Origin: Octopus sinensis
Lineage: Eukaryota
Assembly: GCF_006345805.1 (NCBI RefSeq)
Contig: NW_021834351.1
Span: 1-49,618 of the forward strand
Length of the DNA: 49,618 bases
Direction: 5' to 3'
Shown here: positions 11,040 through 26,715 of the stretch, piece by piece
Numbering within the stretch: position 1 is the stretch's first letter
How the letters are laid out: each line of letters starts with the position of its first letter
Notes under the pieces: model-generated
What the model saw: the letters and a program-made list of their open reading frames with translations, nothing else
Told to the model about the DNA's origin: nothing
Database searches by the model: none
Translations under genes and position numbers: made by a program

Positions 11040-12149
11040 TATATGCACATATAATAAATACTTGTGTGCATACATACGTACATAGATGCATACGCATATA
11101 TAGGCAGAGCTACCCGTATACCCTTTAGAAATCGGACAGGTATATATTGTTTGTATAATATTTAGCCATTATTTAACATGAAATTCTCCAGAATATTGAA
11201 ATAATTAGAACTCAGTTCTTACCCAATCGTAAATATGCACAAAATCGATTTTGTCATTTGTTCCCCATGCTAAATTTACCGGAATATAGTCATGTGTTTG
11301 GAACAAAGTCTCGTCGTGGAACGATTTGAGGCAATATATAGAGAGAATAGAATTGGTTTCCGAAAGAATAATTGACAGTTGCTAAATTGAAAACCAATAT
11401 ACAAAGTAGCTTCCTCACGTGTGAGCTAAACAGCATTTTCTATAAAGCCATAAGTTATTATTTCCTCTGCTGTAAAGCGCGTTTTAAGCAGAAACCGAGG
11501 AAATATAATGATCCCGAAATCGGTTCTTCTGTTACCAAATCCTTTCTGACAAGAACTTAGGGAATAATCAGAAGATTTATTCCATAGCAAAACTCTGTAT
11601 ATGGACATGTATGTCTGTATGTACAGATACCTGCGTACACACGCACACGCGCGCTCACACACAAAGATTTATATATATATACATACATATATATATATAT
11701 ATATATACGCACACATATATATATACATACATATATATATGTACACATATCTATATATATGGACCACACACACGCACACACACATCCATATATATTTTTG
11801 TATATACTTGTATAAGTATAATATATGTATGCCTATATATTATACATACATATATAAGTAGTTATTATATACTTATATATGTGTATATACATATATGTAT
11901 ATGAAAGGCTACTTATGAACTAGTAACCACTCACAAATAAATGACTGAAGACAGTTGTTTAGACGTCAAGAATATATATTACATTAAAAAACAAGAAACA
12001 AAAATAAGTAGTTCGTTGCGGACGGCCATATATTTAACTCTAAAGTAAAACGAAAGTATAATACACATACTTTTCAAACATACTGGGCATTTTGTTCAAC
12101 TCATGATCTTTATAATTAGAAATGGAAAGACTTATTGGAAAAGAAAAGA

Positions 12150-12173
12150 CGGACATGCGTTGCTCTCTCATTC
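12150..12173 (+). mobile_element. Tiny 3' end of a third (AAT)n-tailed retroelement family
   Basis: GACATGCGTTGCTCTCTCATTC|AATGATAAT resembles GGCATGCACTACTCTCTCACTC|AATCACAATAAT at 42638-42659. Confidence 0.45.
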
Positions 12174-12221
12174 AATGATAATGATGATAATAATAATAAA
12201 ATAATGATAATGATAATAATG

Positions 12222-12260
<39 letters not shown>

Positions 12261-12268
12261 TAATAATA

Positions 12269-12347
<79 letters not shown>

Positions 12348-12387
12348 TGATGATGATAATAATAATAATAATAAATAATAATAATAA

Positions 12388-12418
<31 letters not shown>

Positions 12419-12428
12419 TAATAATATA

Positions 12429-12489
<61 letters not shown>

Positions 12490-12492
12490 TAA

Positions 12493-12532
<40 letters not shown>

Positions 12533-12594
12533 GATAATAATAATAATAATAATAATGACAATAATAATAATAATGATAATAATAAATAATAATG

Positions 12595-12631
<37 letters not shown>

Positions 12632-12776
12632 TAATAATAATAATAATAATAATAATGATAATAATAATAATATAATAATAATAATGATTAATAATAATAA
12701 TAATAATAAAATAATGATAATAATAATGATAATAATAATAATAATAATAATAATGATAAAAATAATAATAATAATG

Positions 12777-12807
<31 letters not shown>

Positions 12808-12890
12808 TAATAATAATAATAATGATGATAATAATAATAATGATAATAACAATAATAATAATAATAATAATAATGATAATAATAATGATG

Positions 12891-12921
<31 letters not shown>

Positions 12922-12935
12922 TAATAATAATGATG

Positions 12936-12966
<31 letters not shown>

Positions 12967-12992
12967 TAATAATAATGATAATAATAATAATG

Positions 12993-13050
<58 letters not shown>

Positions 13051-13083
13051 TAATAATAATAATGATAATAATAATAATAATAA
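12174..13083. repeat. About 910-bp degenerate (AAT)n/(GAT) microsatellite
   Basis: Directly visible. Confidence 0.97.
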
Positions 13084-15169
<2,086 letters not shown>

Positions 15170-15186
15170 TAATAATAATAATAATA

Positions 15187-17279
15187 AACAAACTGTTCCC
15201 AGAAGAGCACAAAGGATGCCGCAAAGGCTCATATGGCTGTAAAGATCAACTAATGATTAATAAAGCCATAACTGAAGACAGCCACAGAAAGAAGAAAGGC
15301 CTCAGTATGGCCTGGATTGACTACAAAAAGGCGTTTGATAGCATACCCCACACATGGATCCTCGAAACACTAGCCATTAACAAAGTAGCACCAACAATCA
15401 TAAAATTCACAGAGCACTCTATGAATAAATGGCAAACAGTCCTACACCTCCAAACAAAAGAGGGACTCATGAAAACCAAAGACATCCCCATTAGAAGAGG
15501 AATATTCCAGGGAGACACGCTCTTTCCACTCCTTTTCTGTTTGGCACTGTCACCTCTATCTGATATGCTAAATAGAACTGGATGCGGATATAAATGTTAC
15601 GGCAAAACGACCAGCCACCTTTTATATATGGATGACCTAAAACTATACGCTGCAAATGACAAACAGCTGGAAACACTATTAAAGACAGTTCATGGATTTA
15701 CCAAAGAAATAGATATGAAATTTGGATTAGAAAAATGCGCCAAAGTAACCATGAAAAGAGGAAAACTAGTTAAGAGTAACAACATCACACTAGATAAAAC
15801 CAATGAAATAAAAGAATTAGACCAAAGCCAAACTTACAAATACTTAGGAATCCATGAACTAGATAAGACACAACACACACAAATGAAAGAGAAAATAAAA
15901 AAGAATATTATAGACGAGTTAGATCAATACTAAACACAGAGCTCAATGCTAAAAACAAGATAATAGGTATCAACACTTTAGCTGTCCCAGTTATAAGTTA
16001 CAGCTACAATATCCTTAACTGGACACGAAATGAACTGACCAAAATAGATAGGAAAACAAGAAAAATAATGACAGGATCTAGGATGCATCACCCAAAATCT
16101 GACATAGAAAGACTATATATACAACGTATAGAAGGTGGTAGAGGCCTTATACAGCTGGAAAACTACTATAAAATAACCACCATAGGATTGCAAAAATATC
16201 TACTTCAGAAGGAAGGAAAACTGATCCAGATAGCGGCAAAACACGAGCAAAACAAAAAACTGTTCTCAGTATTTAAGGAAGCTGACAAATACATACAAGA
16301 AATCATACCACCTAATAAACATGAAGAAGAAGAAGAAGATGAAGAAACAACAAAAGCTATAAAACAAATGAAATCCAAACTAAAAATAGAACAGCAACGA
16401 ACCATGATAAAACGATGGCAAGAAAAGCCCCTTCATGGTAAATACTGGACTAAACTAAACGCAAAAGAAATAGACAAAGAAAAATCCCAGCAATGGTTGA
16501 GAAGCTCAGGACTCAAAGCAGAAACAGAGGGATTTTTAATTGCAGCACAAGACCAAAGCCTCCCCACCAGAAATTACCAAAAACATGTAATGAAAAGAAA
16601 TATTACAAGTAACTGCAGAATATGTGGAGATGGACAAGAAACAATAAATCATATTATCTCTAGCTGCCCAGTCCTGGCTAAGAAGGAATATATTCACAGA
16701 CATGACAGAGTTGGAACCTACATACATTGGAAGCTATGCCAACATTATGGAATAACAACAGAAAAAAGATGGTATAGGCACACACCAGAAAAGGTCACAG
16801 AAAACGAGAAAGCAACCATACTCTGGGATATGCCGATACACACAGATAGAGAAATTAAGGCCAACAGACCAGATATAGTTGTCAGAGATCATGAAGGAAA
16901 AAAATGCTTTCTAATTGATGTATCAATACCGGCTGATGACAACGGTCTCTAAAAGAAATGGAGAAACTCTCAAAATACAAAGACCTGGAAATAGAGGTAA
17001 CTAGAATGTGGAATCTGAAAACAGAAACAATTCCTATCATAGTAGGTGCATTAGGCATGATAAAAAAATATTCAGACAAATACATAACAAAAACACCAGG
17101 ACTTACAAACACATATAACATACAGAAAATTGCACTACTAGGCACTGCACACATCCTACGCAGAACACTTTCCATACAATAACCATCAGAGCATCACAAC
17201 AAATCACAGCACATACCCAAGGCACACAGAGCTGTGCTCGGTAGTGAAGTGAAAGCACGCTATAAAAATAAAACTACTG
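15187..17279 (+). mobile_element. R4/Dong-type non-LTR retrotransposon, family 2, 5'-truncated, with an (AAT)n tail
   Basis: RT motifs WIDYKKAFDS, GIFQGD, LLYMDDLKL. Knuckle CRIC...H....C and endonuclease NRPDIVVRD...LIDVSIP...KLSKYKDL. Frameshifts near 15900 and 16945, stop at 17182, 3' UTR different from family 1, then (AAT)n. Confidence 0.95.
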
Positions 17280-17303
17280 AATAATAATAATAATATAATA
17301 ATA

Positions 17304-17351
<48 letters not shown>

Positions 17352-17480
17352 TAATAATAATGATAATAATAATAATAATAATGATAATAATAATAATAAT
17401 GATAAATAATAATCATGAGGATAAGGATTTTGATTTATTTGCCATAAGGGTGAAGGTTGAAAAATAGTAATAATAAGGAT

Positions 17481-17705
17481 CGAGCTGGCAGAACCGTTAG
17501 CACGCCGGGCGAAATGCGTAGCCGTATTTCGTCTGCCGTTACGTTCTGAGTTCAAATTCCGCCGAGGTGGACTTTGCTTTCATCCTTTCTGGGTCGATAA
17601 ATTAAGTACCAGTTACGCACTGGGGTCGATGTAATCGACTTAATCCGTTTGTCTGTCCTTGTTTGTCCCCTCTGTGTTTAGCCCCTTGTGGGTAATAAAG
17701 AAACA
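17481..17705 (+). mobile_element. SINE family A monomer with a 12-bp TSD
   Basis: Near-identical to 1566-1790. Flanked by AATAATAAGGAT at 17469-17480 and 17706-17717. Confidence 0.92.
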
Positions 17706-17719
17706 AATAATAAGGATAG

Positions 17720-18373
17720 CTGTGGCGACAATAATAATGATAATAATTACAATCCTAGCGTCGACAGCCAAAGCAGTTGTAGTAGCTGTCGAATCATAAG
17801 CTACATAAACAGAGATGACTAAGATAGAGAATCAGCCAACATTAGAAGTTATGACAATCTGTCAGCTGAATACTTCAACCTCTAACTACATTAACTCTAT
17901 ATGTAGCGGTACTAGCCGTCCTTGTAGCAGCAATAGTGTCAGCGGTGGCTTTGACGACATTAACTTTAACCTTGATAATAATGAAACCAACCCTGATAAC
18001 ATTCACAGCGATTCTCATGTAAATGAGGATTATATAGCTAATAATAATCCCTGTAACTGTATTAACTATCACCATCGCAATGGAAGTGTTATTACTAATT
18101 ATAACTCTCTTGACACTTACGTAACCTTGGATAATACGAATAATTTTATCGGGCCTAACAATAAGTATCGCTCTCTTTCGATCCTGGAATAACGCAGAAA
18201 GTACTGATGTCCATAAATCTAAATTATGTAATTGTAAAAACAAACTTCTATGTCCTCTCAATAATTTATACCATACTAAAAATACTTTCAGATGTGATGT
18301 AGCAATTAATCTACCTACATTTACCTACATCAGTTCCACTTCTTGAAAATTTAAGCAAAGATTATATAACCAA
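17720..18373 (+). pseudogene. Penelope-like element fragment: Asn-rich linker plus start of the GIY-YIG endonuclease
   Basis: From 18221 the frame reads KLCNCKNKLLCPLNNLYHTKNTFRCDVAINLPTFTYISSTS*KFKQRLYN. This matches the PLE pattern CNC....CPL...C....IY...V......YIG.T...FK.R..NH. Confidence 0.7.
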
Positions 18374-19724
18374 TCGGATCTTTGTGGTTATCGTCACTAT
18401 TTATAATTTTGTTCTAATTGTTTTCAAATTTGGTATATGGATTAAGTTTGTATGCTAATTACGAAAATTAAATTCATTTTCCTAATAAATTCATAATTAA
18501 AAATGTTATTAGCCTAAAAAATTTGCAAAATTTGGGTATTTTAGCCAATCAGAAGCAAGTATTCTACAAATTACCATGAAGGTCTGTTAACATGTTAAGC
18601 AAAGAAGTACCGCATATCCCATAGCTGATTGCGAAGAACTCTGTTTCCATAGTAACCAAAGATACTGCGCATCCGCACAAGGTGTGTAACTACCAAATTG
18701 AGTGTATCAACAAATTTAGAGTACCTGGGCATCTTTAAAGCGTGGAAACAAACGCCGGTGTGGGACACACCGTTCCATGGTTGACTCTTATTTTTGTGAA
18801 TTTATGTGGAGAAGGAGGTATGAGAAAGATAATTTCTTTTGTAAAATCCAAGAGTGTATTGCAAACTTTCGTTCTTGAGTTTTTTCACTAATAAATGTCT
18901 GTTTTAAGCAATGCTTTGACTGCTATTTCTAGCAACTCTCGTTGGTTTGCTCGTATCTTTTAAATATTTAATATGCGCGCGAATCTTTTAATGTTTTTTT
19001 ACTGTTTACTGTAGCTAGGTTAATGTTTTGACATGCCAACGCCCCCCTCCTTTCCCGCTACTGTGACAGATAATGGAAGAGGCGCTGTTTTCTGATTGGC
19101 TGAACATTCTGAAAATTATCAAACTTAGAACACCTGTAACATTTTCACAAAACTTTTCTGGAATAAATGAATAATAAATTCGGATATAGCGTCGAAAATG
19201 ACATCTATATGATACATTAATATATTTTTGGAAGATTTCGACACGCAGTGACGATAACCACAAAGTCCCTGCCACTCTTATATTTTTAACAACGTAATAT
19301 GGCGGAGGTTTCATCACTAGCAAAAAAGAATTCGAGAATTGAAGGACAAAAAAATTAAATTCAAAACTACTTGGAACGTAATAAAATATGCATTACCTAT
19401 TCGAATGATTGGTATAGGTGTAGGCTTTGCTGCGTTGAATTATGGGAAATATTCAAATGCTCAGCTAATACCTTTACCAAATCTAGTGAACTCAGGCTGA
19501 AATGTTCGCACTACATTAAAAACACATTTTCATACTTTAAACCGGTTAATTAATGTGTTTCGAATATTTGCTACTTATCTTTAACCTCTTAAGCTTCTAG
19601 TCGACCATATTTTGTAACGTAATTAAGCATACACGCCTCATTTAAATATTATATAACCTTCTGGTTATATATTCTAACTCTATATGTTTGCAAACTTTAT
19701 ATTCAATAACTAGTGAACTATTCG

Positions 19725-19962
19725 ATAGTCCAGTGTATGGCTTTCTAGCCACCGTGTCCTTTGTTTACACTTTCTTTGTATACCTTTATTTGATATCTCT
19801 ATATACATTCTCGGGATCTTTCCTTCTCCCATGTTTCCGACGAAGAGCTCCGCTCGAAACGTCAAACCCTCCTTCTTCCCTTCTTTCCTGAGCGTCCAAT
19901 AATACTTTATTTGTTCCACATCCTTGCGTTGTTGTCTTTTTGTTTTCTAGTTTGGATTAACT
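19725..19962 (+). mobile_element. Penelope-like pseudo-LTR fragment ending in (TA)n
   Basis: Contains a minimal hammerhead motif and lies next to a GIY-YIG remnant. Its tail resembles the reverse complement of 24662-24750. Confidence 0.6.
19833..19867 (+). ncRNA. Minimal type I hammerhead ribozyme motif (core mutated)
   Basis: GTTT-CCGACGA-A-GAGC-TCC-GCTC-GAAA-CG-TC-AAAC: stem I GTTT/AAAC, stem II GAGC/GCTC, palindromic ACGT stem III, GUC site. U4 is replaced by C. Confidence 0.7.
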
Positions 19963-20214
19963 TTATATATATGTATATATATATATACATATATATCACA
20001 GAGATGTAATTGCATGGTAAGTGACCTGTTCTGAGATCGTGTGCTGGAACGAAAACTATTGCAGCGTGGAAGGTGTTTATAAGCCATTTAAGAAACACAC
20101 AAAGACCGTTAGCTTCACTTCAACATTTAAATTTAATTTGCCAAAATAATTTCGTCGCTTTAAGTTCGCGACCCGCAGCACGGAATTTTGTCAGTAAACA
20201 GGTCGCGGTCTTAC

Positions 20215-20606
20215 CAAATGAAGAAAGAAAGAGTAGGAATGAAGAGAGGAAGTAGGTGTCAGAAGAAGCGAGGAGAGGAGAGGAGGGGTGTCAGATGAAG
20301 AGATGAAGAGAGTTGAGCCCAGGTGGAGCAAAGGAGAGAAGAGAGAAGATTAATTCCTGTTCACGGTGAAGGCAGGTGTCGGGATGGCCTCTGTGCAAAG
20401 ACAATCCGATCACAGACAGGTGTTGTAGCGAATAACCGGTAGAGTGGAAATGGCGCGAGACCAGGTTGTCAGTACCGAGCCTGATGTCTTGGAGGTGTTC
20501 CGCGAACCGGTGAGCCAAGTGGCGTCCCGTTTGACGGATGTCCAGAGAAGGACAGAAAGTGCGGGAGATGCAGTAAATGACGTTGCTAGAAGTGCAAGGA
20601 AAGGAA
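20215..20606 (-). pseudogene. Penelope-like GIY-YIG endonuclease C-terminal fragment plus pyrimidine-rich 3' flank
   Basis: SFPCTSSNVIYCISRTFCPSLDIRQTGRHLAHRFAEHLQDIR...VSRHF...REQELIFSLLSFAPPGLN is a typical PLE endonuclease. The YIG motif has decayed to DIR. Confidence 0.88.
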
Positions 20607-20710
20607 TATATATATGTATATATCTATGTATGTCTATGCATACATATACACACTTATATATATATATATAAATATGAGTGTCTATTTATGTGTGTATATA
20701 TGTGTATGTC

Positions 20711-20744
<34 letters not shown>

Positions 20745-21049
20745 TGCATGTGTGTATAAGTGAGTGTCTAGAAGTATGAGTGTAAATACAAGTGTACCTG
20801 TTGTACCTTAGTTGGATGAAAGGGGACGAACATTTGATGATAATTTTATGGCTTTCGGTTTTCTCCGGTTCATCTTTTATCTTCTTAATGTCAACTCAAG
20901 GTTGCAGTATATCTGAGCATCAATTACGATCTCAACTCCAATATTAGCAATAAACTAATTTTGGTAGACAAAATTGTTATCTAGTTCTCTAGACAGTTAT
21001 ACTCAAGTGAGCAGCTGATAGCGGTATTTTAGTTACAACTGGTGTTTGT

Positions 21050-21690
21050 GTCTGTTAGCATAATTGATAGAGTTAAGCTTTTGAAGGTTAATGAGCGCTA
21101 GGTTTTATGTTGTAATGAAGCTAGGTAATATTGTAGAGTTTCTGTTAAAAATCCTCTTATATCTATGCTGTAGGTGAAAGTGTTAAAAAAAGGTGTATCT
21201 ACAGTTGAGGCGATTAGTGGTTTGAACTACGTCATATTTGTTTTTTTTTATATATATTTCTGCTGCTACTGTTAGCATCATTAGTGCCTGATTAGTGGTA
21301 TATTCAATGTAGTAATTTCTTTCTTTAGCGATTTTGTTGTAGTAAGTTTCATTAATAATTTGTATGTTGGCAAAGAGCTTTTGAGATGTTCTTAACACAA
21401 CTAACAAGATTGTTGATTGTTTTCAAACTGGTTAAAGAGAGGGAGGAAGTGTATGTAATTTAAAAAATCTGGTTTATTGAAAAATCTAGTAGGATGAATT
21501 AGAACGGTTAAGAACCACATGATAGAATTATTGTGAAGGTTGATCTCCATAAGAATAAAAAATTAGAATCCCATGAAGGATGCAGGTAGACACTTTTAAT
21601 TTTCTTTCCCTTCTATTGACAACAGTATATAAAAAGTAGATTGTTATCGCAGTATAGACCTTCTTAGTTTCTAAATTTAGATTTAAGGTA
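21050..21690 (-). pseudogene. Highly decayed Penelope-like RT/linker fragment
   Basis: Minus-strand peptides GLYCDN (like GLYRDD), NKPDFLNYIH (like KP..L.YI) and HRYKRIFNRNS (like H.L.KIFNRN) occur in the expected order. Confidence 0.55.
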
Positions 21691-21795
21691 AGTTAGAAAA
21701 GGCTGACAAAATCACTGATTTCAGCTGAATCTAGTGAGGCCATGCTGGCATAGAAATGGATGGCCAGAACCTTGAGAGAAAAGGAGATAGATAGC

Positions 21796-22200
<405 letters not shown>

Positions 22201-23038
22201 GAGAGAGAAAGAAAGAGAGAGTGGGAAAAAAGGGGAGAGGAATCATATTCTTTTAATACCAATTTTTAAAATTTTAGTATTGACATGAGTAATTCTGTTA
22301 AACCAGCAAAATCCTTTCATTTGTATTTTGCCACAGACATAAGGGTGTTACTACGTTAATATAAGAAATAATTTTTATGCAGAATATGTTTATGAATTTT
22401 CCCCGTTTTTTTTTGTCATGTTGGTTAGTCTTACCGTAGGTGCCTGTTGGAAATCAGTCATATAACTTTTCAATGTGACCTATAGACGTTTAGGAGATGA
22501 GATCCAGCCGTATAAGATTGTTTCGATTTTGTGTATGTGTATTAACAGCTGTGCTTTTAGTACTTTTTTTATAGAAACTTTTCAACGTTGTTTGTGACGT
22601 ATTAATAGAAAGTGTTTTCTCCAGTTTCTACAAGTTTTTTTTTCTACTTGAACGAAGATCTGGCAAAAAGTTCTGATGTAGTTTAATACAAGATTTAAGA
22701 TGTCATGGAACTATTTCTTTATGTTTCTGAACTTCAGCGAATTTAATTAACTGAAATATTTCGCCTTCAAAGAGTTTGAGTTGTCTATTCACTGAGTGAA
22801 TCGGTATGTTTTAAATCCAAAAGTAAATTAGTATTTCCCTCTTATATATGGTGAAGGAATACCATCTCTACGTAGGTGGGGTGAAAAGTTCATAGCCTGA
22901 TTATGAAAGAGCTGTGAAATGTTGCATGCATCATTAATTTCCAATCTTATTAATAAGTGCATTATTTCTCCCCAAGTAACTGGCATCTGACTGTTCAAAG
23001 AAGACTTCAGAAGAAACTGTTGGGAACTTCTCTTGAAA

Positions 23039-24436
23039 ATGGACAAAATTTGGCATCGTGGCGTCTTCAAGTACCTGCATAAAAAAGGGCTTATCACACA
23101 ACGACATTCATGCTGATATGGTCTCTACATTAGGAGATGAAGCTCCAGCTCGATCAAAGGGCAAAAATGGGTAACTGAATTTGGGAGAGAAAGGGAGAGT
23201 CTTGAAAATGACCCAAGGTCTGGATGTCCTACAACTGCCACCATCGAAGAAAACGTTGTTCGTGTTCACTACATGGTGATGTGGACGCATATGCCCTAGT
23301 GGTTAGAGCAGCGGACTCGCGGTCGAGGGATCGTGGATTCGAATCTCAGACTGGGTGATGTGTGTGATTATGAGCAAAAACACCTAAGCTCCACGCGGCT
23401 CCGGCAGAAAGTAAGGGCGAACTTCTGCTGATTCTTTCACCACAACTTTCTCTCACTCTTTCCTCCTGCATCTTGCAGCTCACCTGCGACGGACCAGCGT
23501 CCCGTCCTGGTGGGGAACCTATGCGCCAAGGAAACCAGGAAACCGGGAAACCGGGAAACCGGCCCTTATGGTCCAGGCGAGGCTCGAGAGGGAACAACTA
23601 CATGGTGATAGATGACAGGTAATTGACGGTCAATCAAATAACTAATGCTGTTAACATATCTCGCGAGAAAATTGAGAATAATATTTTTCACAGTAAACTT
23701 AGCATGACGAAGGTTTCTTCTCAGTGGGTACCACGTTTTCTGACACCTGATTAAAAGCGAACCAGGCTGATCACATCACAGGAAAATCTAACATTGTTTG
23801 AAATGGATCCAACTGGTTTCCTAACCCAGGATAAATATTGGCTTCGTCACTTTGAGCCAAAGAATGAGACAATCCATGCAGTGAGAAGCATTCCTCACCT
23901 ACTCCAGAGAAACCCAAGATCATTTCATCTGCAAGAAAGATGATGGCCTCAGTTTTTTGGGATGCAAAGAGCAATGTGTTTATTGATTATCTTCAAAATT
24001 GACTCACAATCAATGGGAGAGTACTGTATCAAATAGCTGAGGCAGTTACGAAATTCTATCAAAACCAAACGTCCAGGAAAACTGACAAAGAAGTGTTTTG
24101 TTTCATCAGGAGAATGTGCCAACACACAAGTCCTTGGTTTCAATGGCTACTGTGAGTGAATGTGACTTCGAGCTGGTTAATCACCTTCTCTATTCTTCTG
24201 ATTTGACCCCATCTGATTATCACCTGTTTCCCAGCTTGAAAAAAGCACTTGACTGGGAAGTATTATTGCAGTGAGGATGTTATCTGCTGTTGATATGCTG
24301 TTAAATATCTGCTGTTGATGACTTTTTGAGAATCGGGATGAAAGCTTCTTTACCAATGAGATCCAAGCACTACAACACCAATGGAAGAAGTACGTAGATC
24401 GCAGGGTTGGGGGCGGGGGGCTATGTTGAAAAATAA
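23039..24436 (+). pseudogene. mariner transposase pseudogene
   Basis: MDKIWHRGVFKYL, SLENDPRSGCP, QWVPRFLT (WVPxxL), MMASVFWD, FHQENVPTH (like HDNAP), YSSDLTPSDYHLF (like YSPDLAPSD), YVEK*. Confidence 0.9.
23281..23596 (+). mobile_element. tRNA(Arg)-like SINE family C with a 13-bp TSD
   Basis: Head ...CCTAGTGGTTAGAGCAGCGGACTCGCGGTCG...GGATTCGAATC with TCG at the anticodon position. TSD ACTACATGGTGAT at 23268-23280 and 23597-23609. Second copy at 47323. Confidence 0.92.
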
Positions 24437-24629
24437 ACTTCATTTGATGACATTCTATGAGATTATCTTGGTAGCCAATGAATTTTTCAGCCAACCCTCG
24501 AATTAGTATCTTTAAAATATTCTCAATTCTTTGTTGTACTACATTGTAAGAAGGTTTTTCTCTTTAATATAATAATAATTTTTTTTGTTGAGGAGATTAT
24601 TTTCTGCTTTAACATTATATCGATATATA

Positions 24630-24661
<32 letters not shown>

Positions 24662-24662
<1 letters not shown>

Positions 24663-24750
24663 GGGAGAATTCACAAAAAAAACCCAAAAGACGAAGACAG
24701 GTGGAGTAGACAACAAACAGATGTATTAGTATAACGCTCGGGAAGTGAAA
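24662..24750 (-). mobile_element. Short pseudo-LTR-like tail abutting (TA)n
   Basis: Reverse complement TTCCCGAGCGTTATACTAATAC...TTTGTT...GTCTTTT resembles 19886-19960. Confidence 0.4.
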
Positions 24751-26126
24751 ATATATATGCCTGTATTTGTTTCCATGTAGAATATTCATATGAATCTCAC
24801 ATTCTTCTCTTAGAGTTTCCTCGACAGATGTTAATATATGAAACACTAGAGGAAATAAACGCTTTCTAACTTCAATAGCAAATATTTTCGATTCTAAGTA
24901 CATAATAATGGCAAGTATATATATGCAACATTATATATATATAATAATGGCAAGTATATAATGCAACATTATTTTCGTTTAGCATAGTCTACCTGTCAGA
25001 GATGAAAACAATTAAGCTGTCCCGTTTGATGACAAGTTTTTAAGGTAGTAAGAGGTTGCTGGCAAACTTTGCTGTGTTGATATTCCGACGCAAGTGCAGT
25101 GGTGAGATATATTTTAGTTAATTTATAGACGAATATTTTATGTGAGAGCTGTTTGTTGTAGTGCCTGTATCTAGAGCCCACCTCTTGAATCTTGTAGATG
25201 ATCTGGAAGCAGGTGGCACTTTTCGAATGTAAGATGTTTTGATTCGATCAGGCAGTTGCTAATGCATTAATGACGACAGTATTCTTCATACAGTTTTCAC
25301 AACCGACAACGAAACACTTCAGTAATATTTCAAATTACAAACTGGATGCACTCCTATGTGTAGTAGGAACTGGCTAAACCATACTTGGCAATATCGAAAG
25401 CATAAGGTTAACTTTTCCTAAGAATTCACAATTATACGTCAGCTGAGCAAAAGAAATAAAGCAGATTCTTTTCTTGTCGTTGGAAATTCCAAACTCTTCC
25501 CAGTTACCTTGAATAATTCACAACAAAGTGACAAGAAACTCAGAGTTGCGACGGAGGGATTTGTCTGCATATGAATGAATAAGCGCTACTACATTTGTTG
25601 CGTACACACACACGTACACACACACACAAGCCTCGTCGTGTATATACCTGCACACATACATACACACATACATATATACACACATGCCTGCACACACAAA
25701 CACACGTATACAGAAGATCAATGCATGTGTGTGTTTGTATGCATGCAAAAATATTGGATCTCCATAATTTTCGATGTGAGTATTCAATTATTCGAAAAAG
25801 TGGATTGATCTACGTGTAAATGGCTGAAGATTTCTACAAATGCGTGGCTCATATTTTACTGACAAGGGTTAAGTCACAATTACTTACCTAAGTTGCTACG
25901 CATTGACGGTAAAACAAGTTTCTAAGCTTTTCAGACGTACTCTATGCATAGAGATACATACGCATATCTATGTATGTATATATATATATAATTATATATA
26001 TATATATATATATATAAATATACCATTATCAATAATAACAAAGGGTGAAATTAATTAATTAAGAAGTAATCAGTAATTTCACCAAGTAGAATTCGGCGTG
26101 TAAAAGACCAATTCATGGTAAGTTTA

Positions 26127-26715
<589 letters not shown>

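Larger units (their letters stand above)
22871..24500 (+). mobile_element. mariner-family DNA transposon, decayed, interrupted by a SINE
   Basis: Imperfect TIRs TA|CGTAGGTGGGGTGAAAAGTTCAT and ATGAATTTTTCAGCCAACCCTCG, with a transposase remnant inside. Confidence 0.88.

Noticed and set aside
17815-18192. 125-aa Asn-rich ORF as a host gene
   Set aside because: It is better explained as a low-complexity linker just upstream of a decayed PLE endonuclease.
18535-19110. Inverted AGCCAATCAGAA motifs (CCAAT boxes) suggesting a promoter or MITE
   Set aside because: Only about 12 bp match, with no extended TIR, TSD or linked gene.
24903-24973. Short tandem duplication; similar ones at 44553-44590 and 48080-48114
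   Set aside because: Two-copy slippage duplications without spacers. They are not CRISPR-like and are unremarkable.
24975-25330. Possible additional minus-strand PLE endonuclease remnant
   Set aside because: No convincing motif order could be reconstructed by eye.
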